Translations under genes and position numbers: made by a program
Shown: positions 35,508 through 45,644 of the stretch, piece after piece
Layout: every line of letters starts with the position of its first letter
Numbering within the stretch: the first letter of the stretch is position 1
IMG/VR virus record: IMGVR_UViG_3300031993_006627
Span: 64,001-128,000 of that record
Origin: a virus
Taxonomy: Duplodnaviria > Caudoviricetes
DNA: 64,000 nucleotides
Reading direction: 5' to 3' (one strand)
The notes under the pieces: model-generated
The model's database searches: none
The model's input: the letters and a program-made list of their open reading frames with translations, nothing else
What the model was told of the DNA's origin: nothing

Positions 35508-38162
35508 ATGATGAAGAAAAGTTTCCTTCCTGAGTCTTTCAACTTCGACGTCCCGCCGGTGGAGATCATCGGCATGGGCAGCAGAGGCCTCGACAAAACG
35601 GCCATGCTGAAACGCGGCAGCGCTTTCGAGGACGTCATCGACAAACTGGAGAAGAAAGCCAACAGGACTTACCTCCATGTCATTACGACTGGTGCCTACG
35701 AGACCTATGGTCCGAACCTGAACGGTGACGGCTGGAACGGTGAATCTTTCGAACTCAAGTTCCCGCACCCGGAGAACCTGGCGAAGACTGCGATGGTCCT
35801 CGATGGTGGTCTGTCCAAATACCACGACAAGACCTACATGACGGATGGCGCTGTCTACCAGGAACACCAGACCAAGACGGCCGGCGTAGATCCGTCCGGC
35901 GAGATCGTGGCTGCCAAGTATGACAAGATGATGAAACGCGGTGAGCTGATCATCGCTGTTGATACCAACAAGTGGGCTCCCAGGCTGCAGAAGAAGGCCA
36001 AAGGCGAGAACATCTATCTCAGCATCGGTGCCTCTGTTCCTTACGACGTGTGTTTCACGAAAGGAACACTGATTCTTACAGAGTATGGGTATAGAGCCAT
36101 AGACAAAGTGGCAGAAGGTGATATTGTCATGACTAAGTCTGGCACATGGCAACCGGTCACAGCTTCTATGGTGCATTATGCACATATACTCACACGCATA
36201 CACACGATGGGCTTGCCCATAGAAATAGAATGTACTCCGAATCACCCATTTAGCGTTGTGCGTGCACCTAAATGGCTTTCCTGCCAAGGAAGTACAACTA
36301 ATGGGAAAAAACGTAGACATACGACGGATGGAAACGGTGTCTGTCGTGTCTGCGGAAAGATTGTAGATACAACAGAGGAATGGGTAAGCGCAGGTGATAT
36401 TCAGGTAGATGATTACCTGAAAGTCAAGGTGGACGAAAACGCTGAGTTCGACACCGTAGGTGTATCTTTCGCTTATTTATGCGGAATGTACGTGGGTGAT
36501 GGTTGCTTTAGTAAGGCAACCACTGGACGTAGGGAGAACGAGGAAGATGGCTGTGAGTATATGGAGGCGATCAGCATATCGGTTTCCGGATCAGAGAAAG
36601 ATTCTGATATTACCATCAATATCTGTCGTTGCTACAAGCAAGTAACAGGTAAAGATGCTGTGATTAGGGATGACAGCCGTGGTAAAAATGCAAAAGTTGT
36701 ACTTCTAAGTGACAAGCTGTTAACAACCCGTATTTATGACCTCTGTGGTATAGGATCCAAAACAAAACATATTGCGGCAGATATATTCGGCTGGAGCCAA
36801 CGGGAAAAAGCCGCTTTCCTTGCTGGTTATCTTGATGCTGATGGTTGTGTGACTCCAAGCACAAGGGCTATACGTATTTGCACAATCAACAGAGGACTTG
36901 CGCTTGCAACGCAGCGTCTGTTCTGGTCTATCGGTGTTCCTGCTACAACTTATGTCGGGAGCAGCGAAGAAAATCTGCGCAGGAACTCTACGTTCGGATC
37001 GTATTCCTGTTCTTATGCCGTTGGCTCTCGAAAATTAACTGATGAGCTTACACGCTTCTCAGCTAAGTTATCGAGGGTTGGTATGCTCAATGAACTGCAC
37101 AATGGCGGGAATAGTGTTGTTCTTGATTCAGGTTATGCCTATATAAGGGTGGATGGCATTCGAACATTTGAATGTGATCCTGTAGCCGTTTACAATCTTG
37201 AAGTGGAAGGAGATCATACTTATAATGCTGAAGGCGCGGATGTGCATAACTGCGTCATTTGCGGCCGCCAAGCCAAGACTGCCAGTCAGCACTGCGAGCA
37301 TTTCAAGCATCACCGCAACGAAGTCTATGACTGCGGCATGAGAGCCTGCGTCATGAACGATGCCCCGGATTTCTACGACATCAGCGGTGTCAATACACCG
37401 GCCGACAAGATCGCCTTCGTCCTCAAAGAGGTCGGCAGTGGCGACTCCCTGTCGAAGCACGCTTCCCTGCAGGATACGCTGATCGCAGCCAGACTTGCCA
37501 CTCCTACCAGACCCCCGATGGTTCTGACGAAGGCTGCACAGCTTCTGCACAAGCTCTCCCGTATGGAGAAGAAGATCGAAGGCATCATCGAGGGTGACAA
37601 CAAGCCTGATACCGACGTTTTCAAAGACTCCGATGAGGCAAAGAAAGATTTTTTACTCCAGGTGGAAAATTTCCCGGCAGAGGAAGTCATCGACAGTTCC
37701 AACCGCAAGGGAATCCTTCTTACACCGGAAATGCTGTTCAAACTTCTGGGTATGGAGTCAGAAGATGAAGACTCTATTCTTAATGAGTGCGACGACGACT
37801 GCTGCGGTGATATGTCCTGCATGATGCGGGAGCTGGAAGATGATGAAGATGTCAATGAGGAGCTGCTCGACGGTTCCTTCGACAGTCATCCGCCGGTCGA
37901 CTTGAATCTGGATGCTATTCTGGATAAATTCATTCCGGAGTTCGGTATGACAGACCCTGCTCTCAATGGGAAAGCCATCCACATCACCATCATTGGCATG
38001 GCTCCTGGAAAGGGTAAGGTAGACAAGAAGGCTTCCTTCAACAAACTTGCCCAGGAGGCTCTGAGACGCACTTATGCCAGGTATCTCATCAGTTTTGCGG
38101 CACAAAACAATGACAGCACTTGCATGAATGCGCTCATGAAAGTAGCAACAATCGGGAAATGA
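35508..38162 (+). CDS. Putative prohead (head maturation) serine protease with intein
   Basis: NLNGDGW, VYQEH (candidate His), YLSIGASVPYDV|CVICG...HCEH (candidate Ser plus Zn knuckle), DISGVNTPAD; lies upstream of scaffold and capsid. Confidence 0.7.
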   Translation: MMKKSFLPESFNFDVPPVEIIGMGSRGLDKTAMLKRGSAFEDVIDKLEKKANRTYLHVITTGAYETYGPNLNGDGWNGESFELKFPHPENLAKTAMVLDGGLSKYHDKTYMTDGAVYQEHQTKTAGVDPSGEIVAAKYDKMMKRGELIIAVDTNKWAPRLQKKAKGENIYLSIGASVPYDVCFTKGTLILTEYGYRAIDKVAEGDIVMTKSGTWQPVTASMVHYAHILTRIHTMGLPIEIECTPNHPFSVVRAPKWLSCQGSTTNGKKRRHTTDGNGVCRVCGKIVDTTEEWVSAGDIQVDDYLKVKVDENAEFDTVGVSFAYLCGMYVGDGCFSKATTGRRENEEDGCEYMEAISISVSGSEKDSDITINICRCYKQVTGKDAVIRDDSRGKNAKVVLLSDKLLTTRIYDLCGIGSKTKHIAADIFGWSQREKAAFLAGYLDADGCVTPSTRAIRICTINRGLALATQRLFWSIGVPATTYVGSSEENLRRNSTFGSYSCSYAVGSRKLTDELTRFSAKLSRVGMLNELHNGGNSVVLDSGYAYIRVDGIRTFECDPVAVYNLEVEGDHTYNAEGADVHNCVICGRQAKTASQHCEHFKHHRNEVYDCGMRACVMNDAPDFYDISGVNTPADKIAFVLKEVGSGDSLSKHASLQDTLIAARLATPTRPPMVLTKAAQLLHKLSRMEKKIEGIIEGDNKPDTDVFKDSDEAKKDFLLQVENFPAEEVIDSSNRKGILLTPEMLFKLLGMESEDEDSILNECDDDCCGDMSCMMRELEDDEDVNEELLDGSFDSHPPVDLNLDAILDKFIPEFGMTDPALNGKAIHITIIGMAPGKGKVDKKASFNKLAQEALRRTYARYLISFAAQNNDSTCMNALMKVATIGK
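36051..37250 (+). mobile_element. Intein 3 (400 aa) with intact LAGLIDADG homing endonuclease
   Basis: PYDV|CFTKGT...IECTPNHPF...YLCGMYVGDG...FLAGYLDADG...VYNLEVEGDHTYNAEGADVHN|C; AT-richer than the exteins. Confidence 0.93.
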
Positions 38163-38234
38163 GGCATTTTGCTTGCCGTGTTTCCATCTTATAGAAACCT
38201 AACCCGTGGATAACAACACAAAGGAATCCATACC

Positions 38235-39389
38235 ATGAACAATCAGCTCGCTTACAAGGCTAACCTCCTTGAGGAAAAGCTCAAACAGTACGGTCTGAAC
38301 AAAGAGGCTGCGCAGTCCATTACGCATAAGAGCCTCCTGTCTCAGAACAACCTCGGTCGTGAAATGACCAATGAGATCCATGAAAACGAAGACGGCGTCC
38401 AGGCTGACACTGATGCTGCCAAGAACCCGGCGACCAACCGCATCGAAGCCATCCCGAATGCTCAGAACCTCAACACCTCCGCTGAAGCGGCTCTCGCCAA
38501 CACCGGCAGTACGGTTGAGACCCAGACGACTGACGGCTGTGCCTCCGAATCTCCTGCTGAGATCGGCAAGTCCGCCGCGTATTTCGCGGAAGTTCTCAGA
38601 GGTATTCAACAGAGGAAGCAAGCGGCTGCGCAGGAAGCAGCCGATCCCTTTTGCACGGCAACTGACGTCTACCTCAAGATTGCTTCCCTCGGCCCTCGTC
38701 CTACTGAGCAGGACCAGGCGGCTGTGAAGGGCCTCATTCAGAAACTCGCTTCTGTGAACCCCGTGTTCGTCCAGACCCGCGATCAGTATGTCATGAAGAA
38801 GCAGGCCGAAGAGGTCGAAGCTCTCGCTGAAGAAGCTGGCATTTCTCCTGAAGATGCTGCGGCCGCCATGGACGCCGCTGTCGCCGCTAACCCGGAAATG
38901 GGCGAAGAGCTCATGGATGAAGCCAACGGCGAAGCGATTGCTGATCTGGCCGGTGCCGAACAGGAAGTCGGCGAACTTACCGAAGGTGCCCAGATGCTTG
39001 CTGATGGCGCTTCCCAGGTTCTCGGCGAAGAAGTCACTGCTGATGACATTGCCAATGCTCTCGAAGATGTCACGCAGATGGCTGACGAAATGGGAGTTGA
39101 TCCCGAAGAACTCATCATGGCTGCTGCCCAGGAGATTGAGCAGGGCGATGAACCTTCCGAAGAAGACATGGAAAACGCGAAGCAGATCGTCGAAATGGCG
39201 GCTGAACAGGGCATGTCTCCTGACGAACTGATCCAGGAAATTGCGGCATCCATTGATGCCGATGAAATGGGTGGCGAAGCCGCTGCCGCAGAAGAACCGA
39301 TTGAGAAGGCAGCCAGTCTGCAGAAACGTCCGGTGAATTCGCGTGTGGCTTACGTGGCGAAAGCCCTCAAAGAAATGGCCCAGAAGTAA
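38235..39389 (+). CDS. Putative capsid scaffolding protein
   Basis: Highly acidic, Ala/Glu-rich helical protein between protease and capsid; G(I/V/M)(S/D)P(E/D)(D/E) repeats; many K-x-A motifs. Confidence 0.6.
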   Translation: MNNQLAYKANLLEEKLKQYGLNKEAAQSITHKSLLSQNNLGREMTNEIHENEDGVQADTDAAKNPATNRIEAIPNAQNLNTSAEAALANTGSTVETQTTDGCASESPAEIGKSAAYFAEVLRGIQQRKQAAAQEAADPFCTATDVYLKIASLGPRPTEQDQAAVKGLIQKLASVNPVFVQTRDQYVMKKQAEEVEALAEEAGISPEDAAAAMDAAVAANPEMGEELMDEANGEAIADLAGAEQEVGELTEGAQMLADGASQVLGEEVTADDIANALEDVTQMADEMGVDPEELIMAAAQEIEQGDEPSEEDMENAKQIVEMAAEQGMSPDELIQEIAASIDADEMGGEAAAAEEPIEKAASLQKRPVNSRVAYVAKALKEMAQK

Positions 39390-39400
39390 GGAGTCGTATC

Positions 39401-39829
39401 ATGGCAGATCAGGCAATGGAAAAGCTCGCCAACGAGCTGATTGAGCGCCTGGGTGTTGTGGAGGCTGAGAATGCTGCCCTGCACAAGGACAATGATGCCC
39501 TTCGTGCCATGGTGCAGCAACAGGCCAAGACGGCTTCTGAAGCAACCATCAAGCAGGTCGATGACGGCCTGCTTGACACCACTTGCGAAAACCTTGTGAA
39601 ATGCGGCGCACTCACAAAGGACCAGGTGGCGCAGGCCAAAGAGATTCTCAAGTCTGACCCGAATGCACCGTTCAAAGTCATTCAGGGTTTCATTGACGAG
39701 AAAACTCTTGTGAAGAGCGCCGCTGCTGACGAAAGTCTCCGTGGAGGCCGGATTGTCGGCAGTTCTCAAGTCAAGCGCACCCCGGAGGACGAATGTTACG
39801 AACGGATGTGCAAGATTCTGCACCTTTAA
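39401..39829 (+). CDS. Putative small scaffold/core protein
   Basis: Coiled-coil N-terminus; EKLA, AKTAS, VKSAA. Confidence 0.55.
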   Translation: MADQAMEKLANELIERLGVVEAENAALHKDNDALRAMVQQQAKTASEATIKQVDDGLLDTTCENLVKCGALTKDQVAQAKEILKSDPNAPFKVIQGFIDEKTLVKSAAADESLRGGRIVGSSQVKRTPEDECYERMCKILHL

Positions 39830-39852
39830 TAACCCAATGAGGAGCTACCATA

Positions 39853-40521
39853 ATGGCTTTTACTCGCACTAACTTCGAACGGCAGATGGATTACGCTGCT
39901 GTTCTGGCGCACGGTGCGCATCCTCGCTATCGCGTCGAGTTCGACGCGGAAGTGGATACCGCTACCGACACCAAAAAGTCCGTGAACCAAGGCATCAAGC
40001 AAGGTTCAGTCGTTTACCTGGATTCTGACACTGGCAAGTACAACCTCGGTCTCGCGGCTGCTTCCGGCCAGAACTTCCCGGTGCCCATCATCTCCCTCAA
40101 GAACGCTTTCGATCCTGATGTGACCACGGGTGTCGTCGGTGTCTCCGGCACCACCACCGCTGTTGTTGTCAGCGGCACGACCACCTATCACACCTTCTCC
40201 GACTACCGCAAGAACACCTACAGTGCGGTCGGCGGCAAGATCACCGGCATTCCTTGCACTGCCGGCTACGAGATCGAAACGACCGAGTTCGTCAAAGGCA
40301 CCTACAAGGTCAATGACGCGCTCACCACTCCGACGGGCGCCCCTGGCGACACCGTTGCCAATCGTGGCAAGCTGACGAAGGCTACCGCTGCGCCGTTCGC
40401 TGACGACGGCACTTCCCAGCCCATCCTCGGCTTCGTCTCTCGCGTGCCTTATGAGAATAAGGCGTACATCCAGAACCGCATCGGTTTCTGGACTAACTTC
40501 ATCCCGGCTATCGGGGCCTGA
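39853..40521 (+). CDS. Putative capsid decoration/cement protein
   Basis: Immediately upstream of the capsid gene; strong codon bias; beta/Gly/Thr-rich. Confidence 0.55.
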   Translation: MAFTRTNFERQMDYAAVLAHGAHPRYRVEFDAEVDTATDTKKSVNQGIKQGSVVYLDSDTGKYNLGLAAASGQNFPVPIISLKNAFDPDVTTGVVGVSGTTTAVVVSGTTTYHTFSDYRKNTYSAVGGKITGIPCTAGYEIETTEFVKGTYKVNDALTTPTGAPGDTVANRGKLTKATAAPFADDGTSQPILGFVSRVPYENKAYIQNRIGFWTNFIPAIGA

Positions 40522-40539
40522 GCATAGGAGGAAATAACT

Positions 40540-41526
40540 ATGGCATGGGATCAAGTCAAAGTTGCCTCCGTTTCTGAGGCAGTTCGCTCTCAGCTCGCCA
40601 CCGACGACGCTGACATGCACAAGCAGGCCACCCTCGCGGCCAACGATTACTTCCGGACGGAAATCCGTTCCAACGGTATCCGTCGTAACATCACCCCTCC
40701 GACCCAGGTCACGAAGGATATGTTCGACCCGTCCGAAACCTCCGATTTCCCGATCATCTACGCGGAAGTCGCTCCCAAGAGCTCCGGCGCCTACATGGTC
40801 TCCTTCGAGACCGGTCCTCGCAACGAGAACATCTACGGCGGCAAGATTCGCATCGAGCTCAACCGAATCATGACGAAGAAGTACTCCATCGACAAGATTC
40901 GCCTCGATGCCTACAAGATGCCGCTGCTTGAGATCCTCGAAGACCTGCTCCTCAAGGACATCATGGACGTCGAAGACAACCAGACCATCGGTCTCGACAA
41001 GCAGCTCTGCGGCGAACTCAACATCGTCAATCCTTACATGGGCGTTTGCCGCTACGTCACGACCGGTCCTATCGGCCGCGAAGCTCTCGTTCACCTGAAG
41101 AAGGGTCTCCCGGTTGCCCCTGGCCACCTGATGACCAAGAAGTTCCTCATGAACGACCTCACCTACTTCGATCTCGGTTCTCTCGACCGTACTGAAGTCG
41201 GCGGCGACATGGCTCAGGACATGTTCGTCAACGGCGTCACGATGTCCACTATCCAGGGCATCGACACTGTCGTCACCATCAAGACCGACCTCATCCCGAA
41301 CAAGGAAGTCTTCATCTACACCGATCCGAAGTACTACGGCGGATTCTACGTCTACAAGGACGTCGCCATGGTCGTCGACGAAGTGGATGACATCTGGATG
41401 ACCTTCTTCGCTCACGAATGTGTCGGCGCCTCCGTCGCCAACGCCGCCGGCGTTGCCCGCGCTTCCATGACCGGTACGCTGGTCGAATGGGAAGACGGCA
41501 TTGGCACCCAGACTGTTGTCGGCTGA
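40540..41526 (+). CDS. Major capsid protein (HK97 fold, putative)
   Basis: 328 aa; very strong codon bias; followed by a terminator; N-terminal propeptide-like segment ending HKQA. Confidence 0.75.
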   Translation: MAWDQVKVASVSEAVRSQLATDDADMHKQATLAANDYFRTEIRSNGIRRNITPPTQVTKDMFDPSETSDFPIIYAEVAPKSSGAYMVSFETGPRNENIYGGKIRIELNRIMTKKYSIDKIRLDAYKMPLLEILEDLLLKDIMDVEDNQTIGLDKQLCGELNIVNPYMGVCRYVTTGPIGREALVHLKKGLPVAPGHLMTKKFLMNDLTYFDLGSLDRTEVGGDMAQDMFVNGVTMSTIQGIDTVVTIKTDLIPNKEVFIYTDPKYYGGFYVYKDVAMVVDEVDDIWMTFFAHECVGASVANAAGVARASMTGTLVEWEDGIGTQTVVG

Positions 41527-41558
41527 TCACAGCTGACACAGTGAACGGTTGATTCCGT

Positions 41559-41587
41559 GGCCCCTCCTCTCCGGAGGGGCCTTTATT
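41559..41587 (+). terminator. Intrinsic terminator after the capsid gene
   Basis: GGCCCCTCC-tctcc-GGAGGGGCC followed by TTTATT. Confidence 0.75.
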
Positions 41588-41624
41588 GTATATAGGAAAA
41601 CCCTTTAACTGAAAGGACATAACT

Positions 41625-42419
41625 ATGACACCAATCGCAACGATCATCGAAAACCACACCCCCAACGGACGTTTCATCAACTGGACTGGTGCTTCCAAAA
41701 CCTGGCTCCCAGGCAACAGCACTGTCGAGGTTCCCTTTGAAGTCTGGTCCGTGTGTGACAGAAAACAGCGCGAGGGCCTGATCGCAGATCTCAAATATGG
41801 CACCGTCTCCCTGGCTGTTCGTATTCTGAAGCCGTCCGGAAACTACGAGACCATTCCGTACAACCCGATTGCGAACCTCGCCGCCGTGTCTGCCAAAGTG
41901 CCCGCACCTGTTCCGCAGGCATCGCCGACCGAAACACAGACCGAGAAAACTGTGACCAGCAACCGGCATATCGTCCAGGCCGGGGACAAGGAAATGAGCG
42001 ACATCGCCAAGCATTTCCATCTGAAGGCCGAGACCGTGCGTCAGCCCAGCGAGCAGGAGGTCGGAGCCGACATCAAGGACACCGTCGAGTTCAAGAACGG
42101 CATCCTGAATGATGTACCGGCGACGGACGAAGCGGAAGATGAACCTGAAGCTGAAGCCCCGGCTCAGCAGGAGGAGCAGAGCCCGCTCGAAAAGGTGGCC
42201 GCTGAAGAGGAAACGCAGGAAGAGGAAGCAGAAGAGGAAATGACGGTTGAACAGCTTGCGGCTGAAATCGACGAACTGCTTTCCGCTAAGGCTTATGAGG
42301 AGGCCCACAAGATTCTTGTCGAAGTTTATGGCGAGGAAAAGATCACGTTCAAGGCATCTGCTCTCAGCCGCCTCAAGACCTTCGCGGCCATCGTCAAGAA
42401 GTACAAACTCGACGAGTAA
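41625..42419 (+). CDS. Hypothetical head-associated protein with acidic linker
   Basis: Position after the capsid gene; AAAGGA SD. Confidence 0.65.
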   Translation: MTPIATIIENHTPNGRFINWTGASKTWLPGNSTVEVPFEVWSVCDRKQREGLIADLKYGTVSLAVRILKPSGNYETIPYNPIANLAAVSAKVPAPVPQASPTETQTEKTVTSNRHIVQAGDKEMSDIAKHFHLKAETVRQPSEQEVGADIKDTVEFKNGILNDVPATDEAEDEPEAEAPAQQEEQSPLEKVAAEEETQEEEAEEEMTVEQLAAEIDELLSAKAYEEAHKILVEVYGEEKITFKASALSRLKTFAAIVKKYKLDE

Positions 42420-42431
42420 GGACAACGAGAC

Positions 42432-42773
42432 ATGAGCAACAGTTCATACTACTGCGACTACTATGGCCGGACCAGAGGCGGTCAGGATAATACCTCTCCA
42501 GTCGACATCCCGATGCCCTATCAGGTGGCATGCACCAGTTCCACGGAATCTGGTACCGGGAACAAGATCGTGGTTCGTTACACACGCTTCCAGGGCGGTG
42601 GCAATAAAGTTGCGCTGTGGCGTGAGACCACAGTGTTCGACGCCACTACCAATGACATCGTTTCGTACACCCACGAATTTGCCTGGAACTACTGGGATTC
42701 CAGAACAAGCGATTCTGTTGTCTGGGTCCCGATCAACGAGTGCTGGGATTACAAGCAGAAATACGGAGGCTGA
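42432..42773 (+). CDS. Hypothetical virion protein
   Basis: AAGGA SD; aromatic, beta-rich. Confidence 0.65.
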   Translation: MSNSSYYCDYYGRTRGGQDNTSPVDIPMPYQVACTSSTESGTGNKIVVRYTRFQGGGNKVALWRETTVFDATTNDIVSYTHEFAWNYWDSRTSDSVVWVPINECWDYKQKYGG

Positions 42774-42775
42774 TT

Positions 42776-43366
42776 ATGGCAAATCCGTTCATCACGCAAA
42801 ACGGTGTGGTCTTCGCCAGGAGACCTGATTCCTCTTTTGTTGAAGGGAATGGCAGGAAAGCTATTTCCGCCGGTATGCTGTCCAGTGACCCTGCGGTGAC
42901 GTTCCAGACGACAGCGCCCTTTGATGCCATCTTGGATGAAGAAGGTACTTACTGGCGCTTACGCGACCGTGATGTGGTGTACGGGGAAAACAATGTCAAG
43001 GTCAGTCTCTACAGCATCTGCGAGATTCGCAACATGATCACTACGCAGGCCACGGTTACGGTGAATGTCATAAATAACGGTTCATCTGGTACCATGCAGT
43101 TTTCCAGATACCGTGAATCCGATCCTATCCGTGGTCTTGCGTGGCGTAATGGCAATGCGATCATCTTCACAGCAACCCCGTTTGTGTCAGCAGGTACGCC
43201 TTGCTACACAGACGCCAATCTTACAATCAACGGCGGAACACTGGCATCGGTGGCCTATCCGGAATTGACGAGTTCTTATACACCGACCGCATGGGAGGGC
43301 GTTTTCAGTGAGGTTCCGGCAGCAATTTCATACTCGGTGGTGTCCAGTGGCACATACGGCGCCTGA
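42776..43366 (+). CDS. Hypothetical virion protein
   Basis: GGAGG SD before ATG 42776. Confidence 0.65.
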   Translation: MANPFITQNGVVFARRPDSSFVEGNGRKAISAGMLSSDPAVTFQTTAPFDAILDEEGTYWRLRDRDVVYGENNVKVSLYSICEIRNMITTQATVTVNVINNGSSGTMQFSRYRESDPIRGLAWRNGNAIIFTATPFVSAGTPCYTDANLTINGGTLASVAYPELTSSYTPTAWEGVFSEVPAAISYSVVSSGTYGA

Positions 43367-43402
43367 GCATATCGAGTTTATCCCATAGGAGTGGACATAT
43401 AA

Positions 43403-43834
43403 ATGAACAACCTCACGATTGAAGACATTGAAACCCTGAGAGCGGCACTTGCTGCACCTGATACCTCGAATGCGGCGATCCTGATCTTTGCGGGCATCAC
43501 CGCTTTCGCCGGAATCATCTTTGTGGTCTGGTGGATCCTGAACATCAAGTTGGAGCCTGTCAAATCCATGCAGGAAAAACTGGATGTAATATCCACAGCA
43601 GTCACCGAGATGAAGAGCAGCCTGTGGACCGAGGAATCACTGAATCGGCTCATCGTGTTCCAGCTGATGCAATACCTCCAGGCGCATGAACAGAACTGCC
43701 CCTGCCGGAAGATACACAATCAGATGCCGATCACGACAGTTCAACAGCCAGCACAATCCGTTATGGGTCCACTGGTGCAGCCTGCGGGCATGTCCACGAC
43801 ACAAAACATTCCTACAATGGGTAACAATCCATGA
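43403..43834 (+). CDS. Single-pass membrane protein (holin-like or lysis accessory candidate)
   Basis: AILIFAGITAFAGIIFVVWWIL TM helix, coiled coil, CPC. Confidence 0.5.
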   Translation: MNNLTIEDIETLRAALAAPDTSNAAILIFAGITAFAGIIFVVWWILNIKLEPVKSMQEKLDVISTAVTEMKSSLWTEESLNRLIVFQLMQYLQAHEQNCPCRKIHNQMPITTVQQPAQSVMGPLVQPAGMSTTQNIPTMGNNP

Positions 43835-44730
43835 TCTGTTTAGCTGAGAACATCGGGGGCAAAGGCGGTATCGCCGGGGGCGCCGGGTCGGAAGGCCAGG
43901 CGTCTGTCGATAAGGGCGGTATCGGTGCCAACTCCTATGGGTACCCGACCATTGAAACGGTTACGGGTGTCACGAAGACTTTTGAGATCCAGCTGACGAA
44001 GGATTACACCGGGGCGATCCCGGCTGATCTGTCTGACATCAGCAAGGTCGTCTTCGAGATGCGCCCCACGATGAACTCATATGACAAGAAGGTGACGAAA
44101 GAATGCACCTTCACACCAGATGGCAAGGTTACGCTGCAACTGGGACCCAAGGAGGTCAACTTCAACAACGGCGTCTGGTTTGCGGAGTTCAAGACATACA
44201 AGGAAGATGGCACGCTGACGCATGACTACCGGACTTATGTCGAGATCCGCAAGGGCATGGACGGGAGCTGCGACAGCGATCCCAATACGATCACCGTGAT
44301 GGATGTCCGCATGGCGATCATGGATGTGTCCCCGGAAGCCAACGTTCTTCTGGATGACCTTGAGTTTTCCGATGTTCAGATCCTGGCCGCTGTACAGCGC
44401 TGCATCGACGAGTGGGAGGAGACACCTCCCTCACTTGGTACGCACTTCAACGGCCGGACGTTCCCATTCCGGGAGCATCTCATCAAGGGTGTTGTCGGAT
44501 ACCTGATGCAGCAGATTGCCTACAAGTACACCAGGAACCGCATGCAGTATAACGCGGCCGGTCTGACGCTGGATACCAACGACAAGGGACCGCAGTACAT
44601 TGCACTGGCCCAAGCGGCCCGTGGTGAATGGCTGAACTTCATCAACCACAAGAAGACTGAACTCAACATGCAGGAGTGTTTCGGTACAGTGGATATTCCA
44701 TGCTTCGGTGGTGGCGGCTGGTGGTGGTAA
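43831..44730 (+). CDS. Putative head-tail adaptor/neck protein with N-terminal Ig-like domain
   Basis: N-terminal beta-sandwich-like segment (ADLSDISKVVFEMR..DGKVTLQL..GVWFAEF); helical C-terminal half; synteny. Confidence 0.5.
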   Translation: MICLAENIGGKGGIAGGAGSEGQASVDKGGIGANSYGYPTIETVTGVTKTFEIQLTKDYTGAIPADLSDISKVVFEMRPTMNSYDKKVTKECTFTPDGKVTLQLGPKEVNFNNGVWFAEFKTYKEDGTLTHDYRTYVEIRKGMDGSCDSDPNTITVMDVRMAIMDVSPEANVLLDDLEFSDVQILAAVQRCIDEWEETPPSLGTHFNGRTFPFREHLIKGVVGYLMQQIAYKYTRNRMQYNAAGLTLDTNDKGPQYIALAQAARGEWLNFINHKKTELNMQECFGTVDIPCFGGGGWWW

Positions 44731-44732
44731 AT

Positions 44733-45644
44733 ATGGGAGATCTGTTCACCTCTTTCACATGCTCCATTTTGCCGAACAATCACCGGCTGCTCAGCTGGAA
44801 TGTATTGTCCGGCGTTACTTTTCCTTCCAATTTTCTACTCCAGGTGGAAAATTCGCGGGCCGGCGGTCCATGGGAAGTCCTGGATACTGATCTGAAGGAT
44901 AAATGCGTCTGGGAAGATCCCAGGAAGCGCAACTTCAACAAGTACATGAATGAACACTATCGGCTGCGCCTGATCGTCCCCGGAGACAACGAAGGGGATG
45001 AGCCGAAGGAAGAGTACGTCTCCCCAATCGTTGCAGCAGGAACGCTGGAGTCCTGGCCGTTCAGTTCCGAAGCCAAGAACATTGTATCACAAGTGGAGAA
45101 GCAAATCGAGTTATCCGGCTGCACCGGTGTTCTGCTCAAAAAGAAGCACTGGGGTTCCAGGTGTCCGCTGTGCACGGACTTCAAGGATCAGGCTTCCGTG
45201 AACGAGCACTGCCCACAGTGCCTCGGCACAGGCTTCGACGGCGGTTACTACCAGGGGATTTCCATGAGTATTCTCAAAGGAGATATCCAGGGTGACGAAG
45301 CACAGGGTAAGAGTGCGATTGAGGGACACGAGACGGTAACGGCACGGTGTGTTGCTTACCCGTGGATTCGCTTCGGGGATGTCTGGGTGGAAGATGGCAC
45401 GAACAAACGGTATTCTGTACATCAGGTGAACCCGGTGAGCACCTATAAGCAGACAGCGCTGGTGTACACGGTTGTGATGCGACAGATTGAGTACACGGAT
45501 ATCATGTACAGCGGTCCGGCGGACGCTAAGGTGGAGATCAAGGATCTTTATGACAGCGCCCATGTTGAATACACTCCGCAACTTGAAAAGGAGCTTGATG
45601 ACCAGGCTCTTACGGATTGGAAAAGGAAACTGAATCAGTTATGA
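44733..45644 (+). CDS. Putative neck/head-closure protein with Zn finger
   Basis: CPLC...CPQCLGTGFDGGY; synteny. Confidence 0.5.
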   Translation: MGDLFTSFTCSILPNNHRLLSWNVLSGVTFPSNFLLQVENSRAGGPWEVLDTDLKDKCVWEDPRKRNFNKYMNEHYRLRLIVPGDNEGDEPKEEYVSPIVAAGTLESWPFSSEAKNIVSQVEKQIELSGCTGVLLKKKHWGSRCPLCTDFKDQASVNEHCPQCLGTGFDGGYYQGISMSILKGDIQGDEAQGKSAIEGHETVTARCVAYPWIRFGDVWVEDGTNKRYSVHQVNPVSTYKQTALVYTVVMRQIEYTDIMYSGPADAKVEIKDLYDSAHVEYTPQLEKELDDQALTDWKRKLNQL

